Source: an uncultured archaeon (GTDB lineage Archaea > Iainarchaeota > Iainarchaeia > Iainarchaeales > JAAZKV01). Taken from it: a stretch of DNA of 32,000 nucleotides. Of this stretch, positions 17,431-26,567 are shown piece after piece. How positions within the stretch are numbered: the stretch's first letter is position 1; each line of letters starts with the position of its first letter. A model generated the notes under the pieces. It was not told the origin of the DNA and did no database searches. It saw only the letters and a program-made list of their open reading frames with translations. The stretch spans positions 90,001 to 122,000 of the forward strand of contig CAZKBG010000001.1 of the NCBI GenBank assembly GCA_964551375.1, read 5' to 3'. Both the position numbers and the translations under genes were made by a program.

Positions 17431-19032
17431 TTACTTATTAATAGGAATATAACTTGGCTCCTCAAACTCAAACACTTTAACTGCCCCGCTCGAGTTTTCA
17501 ATTCCTAAAAAAGGAGTTTTAGCGGTTTTCTTTTCAAATACCTTAATTTCATGGAATTTTCTAACTATTCTAATCATCTGCCCCTGATTATTAACTTCCA
17601 TGCTTATTGCATTAGAACTATTTTCAAGCAAACTCTTCGAAACCCACATATGCTGTTCGTCAGCAATAGCATATAATTTTGGGGTTGTTAAAACTCCGGC
17701 TATTTGGAGCGCATTGTAATTAGCAACGTTTGAAAAGTCATTTCTATCAAGATAATAATTGTAAATAGGAAGATCAGGCACAATTAGAATAGCGTCAGCA
17801 GGAATATTTGTCTTTGCCCATTCTCCAGCTTCTTTAACATTGACAAGATTTTCTATATTCCAGTAATAACTTCCATCCACGCTTTCAAATGCATACACTT
17901 GCGCTCCAAGAACGGCTAAGATAAGTATAATTGGGATAACTGCGCTTTTTGTTTTCTGATATATTCCTCCTACTGCAATTGCCATAAACACCGCTATTGG
18001 AATAGCAAGAACTGAAAGGAACCTTGTCATGGCATAACCCCACCAGAAGTAAAACAAAATTGAGAGAATGCTAAATATTAGCAGGGCATTTGCAAGCTTG
18101 TTTTTTTCCGTTCTTTTAAGATAAAAGTAAATTCCAATAATTGCAACCGCAAGCACTATTATGTTCAAATTAAGTATTTTTGAGAAAAAGTCCATATTGA
18201 ATGGAGTGTACTGCTCGCTCGCGTAAGAATTTCCAAACATTGTTTGTGAAATTGATTCATTTCGCATAATCCAAGGCGCAAGTATTATTCCAAACAAAAT
18301 AACTCCAATAATAAACCCGCCAAAAATAATCCTTAAAGGCTTTTTTCGATTTTCAATAACTTCCATTATCCCAGTAGTAGCAATCGTCACAAACCCAGTG
18401 TATCTAATTAGTGTTGAAAAACCCATTAATAAAAATCCAATAAAATATGCTGCTTTTTGCTTAATGCTGGTTCCTTTCAAAGTAGCGCGCTTGAATTTTA
18501 CTGCAAGATAAAGCCCTGCAAGTGTGAATAAGCCAAATACAGTTTCAGTCATTCCCGCAACTGAGTACTCCAAAATCAAAAATGAAGTTGCAGTAAAAAA
18601 TGCTGTGAGTATGCCAAACTTTTTCCCAAATTCTCTTCCAAACAAATAAGCCAGCGGAATTGTGAGAGATCCTGCAATCAGTGCCACTAACTGCGAAGCA
18701 AATAATTCATCTTTTGTAAAAAAATTCATGATTCCTATAAGAAATGGAAATCCGGGAGGGTATTTTTGATGCTCAATTCCGGCAAATAATGAATAACTTC
18801 CTTTTTCAAACATGTTTTTTGAAAGCGCCATGTACCAATAAGCGTCCTGGCTGGGGTTAGTTTTTGCTCCCAAAAGAAGCGGAATAGTTATGACAAAAAA
18901 TAAGACTACTATTAATCCAAGAACAATTAAATGATTTTTCTCAACCAAACCCAAAAACTTTTCCACTGATTGATTTGGTACTTTGGGCTCTTTTTTTGGG
19001 GTGTTCCCATCTTTTCTTAAAAATTTTACCAT
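17431..19032 (-). CDS. GT39/PMT-like membrane glycosyltransferase
   Basis: Multi-TM protein with N-terminal SQDAYWYMALSKNMFEKGSYSLFAGIEHQKYPPGFPFLIG and FGREFGKKFGILTAFFTATSFLILEYS, typical of GT-C enzymes. Confidence 0.85.
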   Translation of the reverse strand: MVKFLRKDGNTPKKEPKVPNQSVEKFLGLVEKNHLIVLGLIVVLFFVITIPLLLGAKTNPSQDAYWYMALSKNMFEKGSYSLFAGIEHQKYPPGFPFLIGIMNFFTKDELFASQLVALIAGSLTIPLAYLFGREFGKKFGILTAFFTATSFLILEYSVAGMTETVFGLFTLAGLYLAVKFKRATLKGTSIKQKAAYFIGFLLMGFSTLIRYTGFVTIATTGIMEVIENRKKPLRIIFGGFIIGVILFGIILAPWIMRNESISQTMFGNSYASEQYTPFNMDFFSKILNLNIIVLAVAIIGIYFYLKRTEKNKLANALLIFSILSILFYFWWGYAMTRFLSVLAIPIAVFMAIAVGGIYQKTKSAVIPIILILAVLGAQVYAFESVDGSYYWNIENLVNVKEAGEWAKTNIPADAILIVPDLPIYNYYLDRNDFSNVANYNALQIAGVLTTPKLYAIADEQHMWVSKSLLENSSNAISMEVNNQGQMIRIVRKFHEIKVFEKKTAKTPFLGIENSSGAVKVFEFEEPSYIPINK

Positions 19033-19034
19033 TT

Positions 19035-19730
19035 TTACCGAACTCTATTTCTCACTAAATACCAAAATGCCTTAATCCCATCATTAACCGAAATCTTTTT
19101 TTCAAGCTTTTCTCTTGCAGTGTAGCTTATTGGAACTTCCTTTATTTTAATCTTTTTCTTTAATAGTTTGATAGTAATTTCAGGCTCAATTTGAAAATCA
19201 TCAGAAGCAAGGTTTAATTCCTGAAGCAAATCAGTTCGAATAAGTTTGTACCCTGTCTCCATATCGGTTATTTTTTGCCCGTACAAAATGCTTGTAAGCG
19301 TCGAAAGAAACTTGTTTCCAATAAGATGCGTTTTACTTATTCCTTTAACAGTTCCCATAAATCTTGAACCATAAACCGCATCGCAGTCCTTTGTCTCGCA
19401 AAGCATTGTCGGAATATCATTTGGATTATATTCCAAATCAGCGTCTTGGATTAGAATAAACTCTCCGTTAGCTTTGCTTATCCCTTGTTTTATGGCATGC
19501 CCCTTTCCGGCATTATTTAAATAACTGTGAACAGTAATTTTACTGCCTTTTTGCTTTTCTTTAACTTTTTTTATAATCTCAAGGCTGTTATCTTTTGAAC
19601 CATCATTTACTATAATTAGTTCCTTGTCCCAGTCTTTTGGAGTAAATGCAATCACCTGATTAAGCGCCACTTCAATTCGCTTTTCTTCATTATAAACAGG
19701 AATTACAATTGAAAGCAATTTTTTCTTCAT
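19035..19730 (-). CDS. GT2 family glycosyltransferase, dolichyl-phosphate sugar synthase (DPM/AglD-like)
   Basis: LSIVIPVYNEEKRIEVAL...IIVNDGSKDNS...NNAGKGHAIKQGI...IQDADLEYNPNDIP. Confidence 0.92.
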   Translation of the reverse strand: MKKKLLSIVIPVYNEEKRIEVALNQVIAFTPKDWDKELIIVNDGSKDNSLEIIKKVKEKQKGSKITVHSYLNNAGKGHAIKQGISKANGEFILIQDADLEYNPNDIPTMLCETKDCDAVYGSRFMGTVKGISKTHLIGNKFLSTLTSILYGQKITDMETGYKLIRTDLLQELNLASDDFQIEPEITIKLLKKKIKIKEVPISYTAREKLEKKISVNDGIKAFWYLVRNRVR

Positions 19731-19778
19731 AAAACCACGCTGATTTTGACTTAATTTCCACTATTTTTTTATGGTTAA

Positions 19779-20177
19779 TTACTTCATCTTCCCAAAAGTA
19801 ATTTTTTTATTCATGGTATAATTATAAGCAAAAGCCGTAATTATAGCCCCCAACTTTGCAAGTAAAGGTGGTGCAGACAATATTTCAACATATGCAACAG
19901 TGCTAATCCAGTTAATTATAAGCCCCCCAATTGCAATTAAGAGAAAAACAGCAATTTGCTTGTGCTTTTTTGAATAAGTATTCTTGAAAGTGAATTTTCG
20001 CTGAAAAATATAATTTAAAGTAATTGCGATAATAAACGAAATAGGAGCGCTTATCCAATAATCAATCCTTCCAAGATTAATCATCATCCAAAAAGAAGAA
20101 AGCTCAACCGCAGCAGCCACTGCTCCGAAAAAACAGTACTTAATCAGCTGTTTGTTTTGTTTTATCAGATTTTTCAT
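19779..20177 (-). CDS. GtrA family membrane protein
   Basis: Small four-TM protein; LIKYCFFGAVAAAVELSSFWMMINL...APISFIIAITLNYIFQRKFTF...KLGAIITAFAYNYTMNKKITF. Confidence 0.9.
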   Translation of the reverse strand: MKNLIKQNKQLIKYCFFGAVAAAVELSSFWMMINLGRIDYWISAPISFIIAITLNYIFQRKFTFKNTYSKKHKQIAVFLLIAIGGLIINWISTVAYVEILSAPPLLAKLGAIITAFAYNYTMNKKITFGKMK

Positions 20178-20229
20178 AAAAATATCCTGTTATATAGAAC
20201 AATTATTTAATTAAAGCGTTTGATTTGTT

Positions 20230-21555
20230 TTAGCGTCCTATGCTTTTATAGTTAAATCCAAATTTTTTCATTTCTTTTGGATCAAATAAATTTCTCCCAT
20301 CCACTAAGTTAGGCTCTTTCATTAAAGAAATTACTTTTTTAAGGTCAAGCTCTTTGAACTCTTTCCAATCAGTAACAATAACTGCTGCGCTGCTGTTTTC
20401 TAAGGCTTCATATGCTGTTTTTGCATAATTAATATTTGGTATAATTGTCTTCATTTTTTCTTCAGCTTTTGGATCAAATGCGCTCACAATTGCGCCAGTT
20501 TTTTGCAGTTCTTTAATTAATATAATTGCAGGCGATTCTCTGACATCATCAGTTTTTGGCTTGTAAGCAAGTCCAAGAACAGCAATTTTTTTGTTTTTTA
20601 CGGTTTTAACTAAGCTAATGGTTTTAGCAAACAGTTTTTTCTTCTGCAGTTCATTTACTTCATCAATTGCGCGTGTGATTTTATTATTGCATCCGTATTT
20701 TTCCATTGTCTTTGATAATGCTCTGACATCTTTAGGAAAACAGCTCCCACCATATCCAGCCCCCGCTGAAAGAAACTTTGCTCCAATCCGGTCATCAAGC
20801 CCCATTCCGTAAGAAATTTGCTTAATATCAGCGCCAACTTTTTCGCTTAATTCGGATAGCTCGTTCATAAAAGAAACTCTTAATGCAAGCATGGTGTTGC
20901 TGGCGTATTTGATTAGTTCAGCAGTTTTTGGATTAGTGAGCATAACCTCTTTCTTTCCGCTTGTTCCTTCGGCATAAACGCTTGCAACAGTTCTTCCATC
21001 GCTCTCATTTTCAGCGCCGATTACAATTCTTTCATTGTCAAAATCCCTCAGCGCGCTGCCTTCAGCCAAAAATTCTGGATTTGAAACAACAGCAAAATCA
21101 ATCGCTTTTTTTAGCTCGCCATTAGAAACTCTTTTTTTAAGTTCTCCATCAATTATGGCAGTTACTCTATCCACAGTCCCTACCGGCACGGTGCATTTAT
21201 TCACCACAATTTTTCTTGAATTCATTAGTTTTCCTATTTCTTTTGCAGCAGCGTCAACATGTTCAAGATTTGCTTCTCCGTTTTCTTTCTGAGGGGTGCC
21301 GACAGCAATAAAAATAATGTCTCCATGCGTAATTCCTTCTTTTCCAGAATTAGTAAATTTAATTTTTTTATTAGAAATAGCCTTTTTTAACGCAACATCA
21401 AGCCCGTCTTCATAAATAGTTGGAATTCCACTGCTTAGCTTGTCAACTTTTGATTTATCCACATCAAGACAACAAACCGAGTGCCCCTTATTTGCAAAGC
21501 ATACGCCGGCAATAAGCCCAACGTACCCTGTTCCTATAATGGTAATGGCATGCAT
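20230..21555 (-). CDS. ugd: UDP-glucose/GDP-mannose dehydrogenase family protein, UDP-glucose 6-dehydrogenase-like
   Basis: ITIIGTGYVGLIAGVCFANKGHSVCCLDVD, NPEFLAEGSALRDF, AGYGGSCFPKDVRAL (catalytic Cys), LGLAYKPKTDDVRESPA. Confidence 0.95.
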   Translation of the reverse strand: MHAITIIGTGYVGLIAGVCFANKGHSVCCLDVDKSKVDKLSSGIPTIYEDGLDVALKKAISNKKIKFTNSGKEGITHGDIIFIAVGTPQKENGEANLEHVDAAAKEIGKLMNSRKIVVNKCTVPVGTVDRVTAIIDGELKKRVSNGELKKAIDFAVVSNPEFLAEGSALRDFDNERIVIGAENESDGRTVASVYAEGTSGKKEVMLTNPKTAELIKYASNTMLALRVSFMNELSELSEKVGADIKQISYGMGLDDRIGAKFLSAGAGYGGSCFPKDVRALSKTMEKYGCNNKITRAIDEVNELQKKKLFAKTISLVKTVKNKKIAVLGLAYKPKTDDVRESPAIILIKELQKTGAIVSAFDPKAEEKMKTIIPNINYAKTAYEALENSSAAVIVTDWKEFKELDLKKVISLMKEPNLVDGRNLFDPKEMKKFGFNYKSIGR

Positions 21556-21709
21556 CTAATAAAAAATGAGTTCTTTTTGGCTTTTAAACCAATCTAGTGC
21601 AAAAATAATTCACTAAAAAGAGCCGCTATTTTTGTCCTAAAACGTATTTAAATAAGATAAACCTCTTTTTGTTAAGGGCTAAAGATAATTGTTTGATTAG
21701 GGATAATGT

Positions 21710-22591
21710 ATGGGGCTTCCAATAGTTTTTATTCAAAAAGACGATGCTCGTTTTCTTAACCTTGCGCTGGTAAGGGCAAAAGCATCAAATCCTGATTCAA
21801 GACTGATTGTAATAGGGGATAATTTATCTCCCAAGCTTGACTTTGCTGAATATTATTCTATGAAAGGGTTGTCAAAAGGAGCCAATAAATTTAATGAAAA
21901 ATATGTTCATTTAAGCACGGTGGGGTTTGATTTTGAGCTATTTTGCTTTCAGAGGTGGTTTGTGTTAAACGAGTTCATGCATAAAGAAAAAATTAACTCC
22001 TGCCTTCATCTTGACCACGATGTTTTGCTTTATTCAAATGTGACTCTTAATCAAAAAGAGTTCTCAAAAGCGCCTTTTGCATATTCCTTTGGCACAAGCG
22101 GGCATTGTTTTTTTATTAATGATTTAAAACAGTTTGACAAGCTTTGCGAGTTCATTACCTCTTTTTACACGGACAAAAAACGCCTTGCTGGGTTAAGAAA
22201 TATGTATGAGGACAGACTGCAAAAGCATTTACTCGGCGGGGTGTGCGACATGACTGCTCTTAAGATTTTTGCGCAGGAAAATCCAAAACTGGTTATGGAT
22301 GTTTCAGAGATAACTACAAGCGGGATTTTTGACCATAATATTAATGCATCTGACGGGTTTGAAACATTTTGCGGATTAAAAAAAATTATTGTCAAAAATG
22401 GCCTGCCTTTTGTAATTGTTAAAAGCACAAAAAAGATTGTTCCTCTAAAAGCAATACACATGCAGAGGCTTGCAAAATCATTAATGAGAAAGTTTAGCGA
22501 CTGCAATTTCAGCAGAACAAACATAATTTTTGACTACTTATTAAAGAGGGCTAAAAAAATTGCAAAAATAATTCTTAAGAAGGGCGCTTAA
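21710..22591 (+). CDS. Putative glycosyltransferase-like protein of unassigned family
   Basis: GT-A-like arrangement with a DxD-like motif (CLHLDHDVLLYSNV); first gene of the plus-strand glycan cluster. Confidence 0.55.
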   Translation: MGLPIVFIQKDDARFLNLALVRAKASNPDSRLIVIGDNLSPKLDFAEYYSMKGLSKGANKFNEKYVHLSTVGFDFELFCFQRWFVLNEFMHKEKINSCLHLDHDVLLYSNVTLNQKEFSKAPFAYSFGTSGHCFFINDLKQFDKLCEFITSFYTDKKRLAGLRNMYEDRLQKHLLGGVCDMTALKIFAQENPKLVMDVSEITTSGIFDHNINASDGFETFCGLKKIIVKNGLPFVIVKSTKKIVPLKAIHMQRLAKSLMRKFSDCNFSRTNIIFDYLLKRAKKIAKIILKKGA

Positions 22592-22592
22592 A

Positions 22593-23918
22593 ATGGATGA
22601 AATAGTGAAAAAAATTAAGGATAAGCTTTTTTCAAGAAAATCTCTGGTTGATGTTTTCAAAAACATGGGGTGGCTGACTTTTGACAAATTCTTCAAACTG
22701 TTTACTGGCTTTATTGTTGGAATATGGGTGGTAAGATACCTTGGTCCTGAACAGTTTGGTATTTGGAGTTATGCGCTTGCATTTGTTTCATTTATTTCAA
22801 TAATCTCCTTTACCGGCTTAAGCGAAGTAGTTGTAAGAGATTTAATAAAAGACGAGAAACGAAGCGGAAAAATAATGGGGACTTCTTTTGCTATCCGAAT
22901 GGTTGGAGCAATCTTGACATTTTTGGTTTCGCTTCTATTAATTCCTTTCTTTAAACAGGATTTTGAAATGTTTATTTATGTTGCAATTATAGCTTTTGGA
23001 ATAATAATTCAGTCATTTGATGTCACCGAGCTTTGGTTTCAGGCAAGAATCCGATCAAAATATGCAATAATAGCAAGAACTGTTTCAGGAGTCGCAACTT
23101 CCGCATTCAAATTAGCGTTAATATTCATGTCAGCTCCGTTGATTTACTTTGTTTTTTCAGGGCTGCTTGACATAGCGATTGGAAGTGTTGGGATAATGTA
23201 TTTTTATCATAAGCACAAGCAGTCAATACGCCTCTGGAAGTTTGATAAAAAGTTCTTGATTGAACTGCTTAGAGACGGCTGGCCGCTGATTTTATCAGGA
23301 ATTGCAATTTTTGTTTACATGCGAATAGACCAGCTAATGATAGGACAGATGCTTGGCGAAACTGAACTTGGGCTTTATTCAGTAGCAGTAAAACTTGCTG
23401 AACTATGGTACTTTGTTCCAGGGATAATTGTAAGTTCAGTTCTTCCTGCAATTATTTCCGCAAAGTCAAGGGATGAAGAACTCTATAAATCAAGATTTCT
23501 AAAATTATACACAGTGCTCGCATGGGTTGCAATAGGAATAGCAATTCCGGTTTCAGTGTTATCTCCATATATTGTTGGAATACTTTACGGCCCCGAATAT
23601 GTCGGCGCTTCGCTTTCTTTAGCAATTTCAATATGGGGTGGAGTAGGGGTGTTTTTAGGAACAGCATCCACACAGTACCTTGTAATTGAAAAGAAAACCA
23701 TGTTTTCACTTTATAGAGCAGTTGTAGGAATGTTTATCAATTTTGGATTAAATCTGGTTCTGATTCCAATGTTTGGAATAAGCGGTGCGGCAATTGCCAC
23801 ATTTGTTTCATACTCCCTTGTCACATTTTCTTTGTTCATCTTCAAGGACACACGGGAGCATGCTAAGTTATTTTTTAGGGCGCTTTCGCCAAAAAGCGTA
23901 TTTGATTTATTTAAGTGA
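22593..23918 (+). CDS. Wzx-like oligosaccharide flippase (MATE/MVF superfamily, polysaccharide biosynthesis protein)
   Basis: Multi-TM; FKLFTGFIVGIWVVRYLGPEQFGIWSYALAFVSFISIISFTGLSEVVVRDLI and YSVAVKLAELWYFVPGIIVSSVLPAI. Confidence 0.92.
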   Translation: MDEIVKKIKDKLFSRKSLVDVFKNMGWLTFDKFFKLFTGFIVGIWVVRYLGPEQFGIWSYALAFVSFISIISFTGLSEVVVRDLIKDEKRSGKIMGTSFAIRMVGAILTFLVSLLLIPFFKQDFEMFIYVAIIAFGIIIQSFDVTELWFQARIRSKYAIIARTVSGVATSAFKLALIFMSAPLIYFVFSGLLDIAIGSVGIMYFYHKHKQSIRLWKFDKKFLIELLRDGWPLILSGIAIFVYMRIDQLMIGQMLGETELGLYSVAVKLAELWYFVPGIIVSSVLPAIISAKSRDEELYKSRFLKLYTVLAWVAIGIAIPVSVLSPYIVGILYGPEYVGASLSLAISIWGGVGVFLGTASTQYLVIEKKTMFSLYRAVVGMFINFGLNLVLIPMFGISGAAIATFVSYSLVTFSLFIFKDTREHAKLFFRALSPKSVFDLFK

Positions 23919-23950
23919 TTTTATGCTGGTTAGCACAATTATTTTTGAGA

Positions 23951-23982
23951 GCAAAAAAAGCCTTTGTTTAAAGCTTTTTTGC
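23951..23982. terminator. Long A/T-rich hairpin between flippase and GT-D-like genes
   Basis: GCAAAAAAAG-C-CTTT-GTTT-AAAG-CTTTTTTGC: outer and inner stems with single-base bulges. Confidence 0.4.
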
Positions 23983-24015
23983 TTTGAAGTGATTTAATAT
24001 TGTTTAGGTGAAGTT

Positions 24016-24969
24016 ATGGAAGAAAAACCAGTTGAGAAAAAAAGAAGCGAATTTAAACTGCTTTTAGATAGACTTGGAATTACTAAATTTGTCAGAGACT
24101 CAAGAACTAATATTTATTATGTATTTTTTCACACTGTGTTAATGCCAGCTGATTATAGCGGGCAAAAAGCAGCTGATGCTATATACGAACGCATAATGTC
24201 AAAGAAACCGACTATGATTTGCCGATATGGGAAGGTAGAAATTAATGCAATGAAAGAAATGGCCCTTATTTTAAATGAAGAAAATGAGTATACTGATGAG
24301 AATTTTTCCTTGCTTGAAACTAACGCTGGGTTTTTCCCGATAACTTATAAATCTGTTAAGAATTTTTACGAACGCATGTGTAAAGATTCAAAAGAAATTG
24401 ATATGCTTGGAAGCTGGTGTTCTGAAGAGATCTATTTTAAGGATTTGATAAAGAATTCAAAAAAAATAGTCCTAAGAGACATTACTCCTTTTTATTCTTC
24501 TAAGCCCTGGTCAAGAGCATTGGCGGGAAAAAAAGTTCTCGTGATTAGTCCATTCTCTGAAACTATCCAAAAACAGTACAAAAAAAGAGAAAAATTATTT
24601 GAAAACCCGTTGATTTTGCCAAAGTTTGAGCTTACTACTCTAAGATCAGTCAATTCCATTAAGGGAAATGATGTTGGGTTTAAGGACTGGTTTGCAGCAC
24701 TAAAGCACATGGAAAATCAAATTTCAAAAATAGATTTTGATGTAGCAATTCTTGGCTGCGGAGCATATGGATTCCCTCTTGCTGCACACATAAAAAGAAT
24801 GGGCAAAATCTCTATTCATTTAGGCGGGTCCACACAATTACTGTTTGGAGTTAAAGGGAAGAGATGGGAAGAGCATAGTTTTAAGCTGATTAATGAACAC
24901 TGGGTAAGACCGTCAAGAAAGGAACGCCCTAAAAATTATAAGAATGTTGAGGGCGGAACTTATTGGTAA
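24016..24969 (+). CDS. GT-D fold (DUF1792-like) putative glycosyltransferase
   Basis: KPTMICRYGKVEINAM...LGSWCSEEIY...WSRALAGKKVLVISPFSETIQKQY...DFDVAILGCGAYGFPLAAHIKRMGKISIHLGGSTQLLFGVKGKRW. Confidence 0.7.
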   Translation: MEEKPVEKKRSEFKLLLDRLGITKFVRDSRTNIYYVFFHTVLMPADYSGQKAADAIYERIMSKKPTMICRYGKVEINAMKEMALILNEENEYTDENFSLLETNAGFFPITYKSVKNFYERMCKDSKEIDMLGSWCSEEIYFKDLIKNSKKIVLRDITPFYSSKPWSRALAGKKVLVISPFSETIQKQYKKREKLFENPLILPKFELTTLRSVNSIKGNDVGFKDWFAALKHMENQISKIDFDVAILGCGAYGFPLAAHIKRMGKISIHLGGSTQLLFGVKGKRWEEHSFKLINEHWVRPSRKERPKNYKNVEGGTYW

Positions 24970-25030
24970 TGCTGGAATAATGATTGATTTAAATAAATGT
25001 ATTTTACTTATTGGTTAATTGGTGGTGTAG

Positions 25031-25714
25031 ATGGTTGTTGGTGGAAGGACTATAAATAGGATATTAAAAAAATTTGAATCCCCTCGGTTTGTTAGATATA
25101 GTGGGCACACTTTTATCAATGACATACCAAAAGATCCAATAGTTGTTGATTTGGGCGGAAATCATGGCGATTTTGCTAATGAGTTTTTATCAAAGCATAA
25201 ATGCAAGCGGTATTTTTGTGTTGAACCAGACCCTGAAATGGTTGGGTATATAAAAAATAGACTTAAAAAGTACCCTTTTGTTGAACTTCAAAATGTTGCT
25301 GTTGGGCCTGATGAGAAAAACATCTCTTTTTTTGTCGCAGAATCAACAGGGGCGAATTCATTATTCAAAGATTTTGCTGTTAAACAAGGGTTAAAAAAAG
25401 AAATTAAAGTTGACAGTTATTCGCTTGATTCTCTTTTTAAAAAGTATAACATTACTAATGTTGACTGGTTGAAAGTGGATATTGAAGGTGGAGAGTGGGA
25501 TCTTCTTTTGAATGCCAGCGATGAAGTATTGCTTAAGATATCGCAGATTTCAATAGAGTTTCACAATTTTTTAGACTTTTGGAATAAGGATTATTTTGAT
25601 AAAACACAAAAAATAATTGAAAGATATTATTCACTTGGATTTAGACCTTATTTTAAGGAGCCTGATTATTCAGATTTGCTTTTTGTAAATAAAAACAAGA
25701 TTTCTGGAGTGTAA
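25031..25714 (+). CDS. FkbM family methyltransferase
   Basis: PIVVDLGGNHGDFANEFL...KRYFCVEPDPEMV...VDSYSLDSLFKKYNITNVDWLKVDIEGGEWDLL. Confidence 0.9.
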   Translation: MVVGGRTINRILKKFESPRFVRYSGHTFINDIPKDPIVVDLGGNHGDFANEFLSKHKCKRYFCVEPDPEMVGYIKNRLKKYPFVELQNVAVGPDEKNISFFVAESTGANSLFKDFAVKQGLKKEIKVDSYSLDSLFKKYNITNVDWLKVDIEGGEWDLLLNASDEVLLKISQISIEFHNFLDFWNKDYFDKTQKIIERYYSLGFRPYFKEPDYSDLLFVNKNKISGV

Positions 25715-25745
25715 AATTATTTTGATTTTATTTAGAGTGGTGTTG

Positions 25746-26567
25746 ATGGGTATTTTTGAAAATATATTCAAGGTTTATAGATTTCTTTTTGCAAGAAAAG
25801 TTTTTTACAAAGCTAATAAATTTCTCTACAGGCTCTCACTTTCAGGAATGGGAGTTTTAAATTTTGAAAATGATGCAGTGAGTGGGGAAAGATTTTTTTT
25901 AAACAGGCTATTTTTGAAAGGAAAACCGCTTGTGATATTTGATGTTGGCGCAAATGAAGGGAATTATGCTAAGATAATAAGGGATTACAGCAAGGAATCT
26001 AAGATTTATTGCTTTGAACCGCATCCAAAGACATTTGAAAAGTTAAAAAAGAACACTTCTGGATTAAACGTGACTTTAGTGAATAAGGGATGCGGTAGCA
26101 AAAAAGAGCACTGCGAGTTTTTTGACTATTCAAACTCTGACGGCACTTCGCACGCGACTTTATACAAAGGGGTAATTGAAGAGCTTCACCGCGGAAAATC
26201 ATCAAAAGTAAATGTTGATATTATCCCGCTTGACTATTATATTGAATCAGAAAAAATCAACCGAATTAATCTGCTAAAGATTGATGTAGAAGGAGCCGAG
26301 CTTTCCGCAATAATGGGCGCAAAGAAGACAATTCAGAAAAATAAAGTTGATTTGATTCAATTTGAGTTTAACTCAATGAACATTAAAAGCAAGGCATTTT
26401 TCCTTGATTTTGTAAATATTTTGCCTAATTATGAATTTTATAGGCTTCTTCCCGACGGGCTGGCTCCAATGGGGAAATATGATTCCGCGATTTTTGAAAT
26501 ATTTGCATTTCAAAATGTAGTGGCGATAAGAAAAGACATTAAAAAAGAATATGGTGAGTTAATTTGA
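25746..26567 (+). CDS. FkbM family methyltransferase
   Basis: LVIFDVGANEGNYAKIIRDY...IYCFEPHPKTFEKL...LLKIDVEGAELSAIMGAKK. ORF opens at 25722; ATG at 25746 has GTGGTG upstream. Confidence 0.92.
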   Translation: MGIFENIFKVYRFLFARKVFYKANKFLYRLSLSGMGVLNFENDAVSGERFFLNRLFLKGKPLVIFDVGANEGNYAKIIRDYSKESKIYCFEPHPKTFEKLKKNTSGLNVTLVNKGCGSKKEHCEFFDYSNSDGTSHATLYKGVIEELHRGKSSKVNVDIIPLDYYIESEKINRINLLKIDVEGAELSAIMGAKKTIQKNKVDLIQFEFNSMNIKSKAFFLDFVNILPNYEFYRLLPDGLAPMGKYDSAIFEIFAFQNVVAIRKDIKKEYGELI

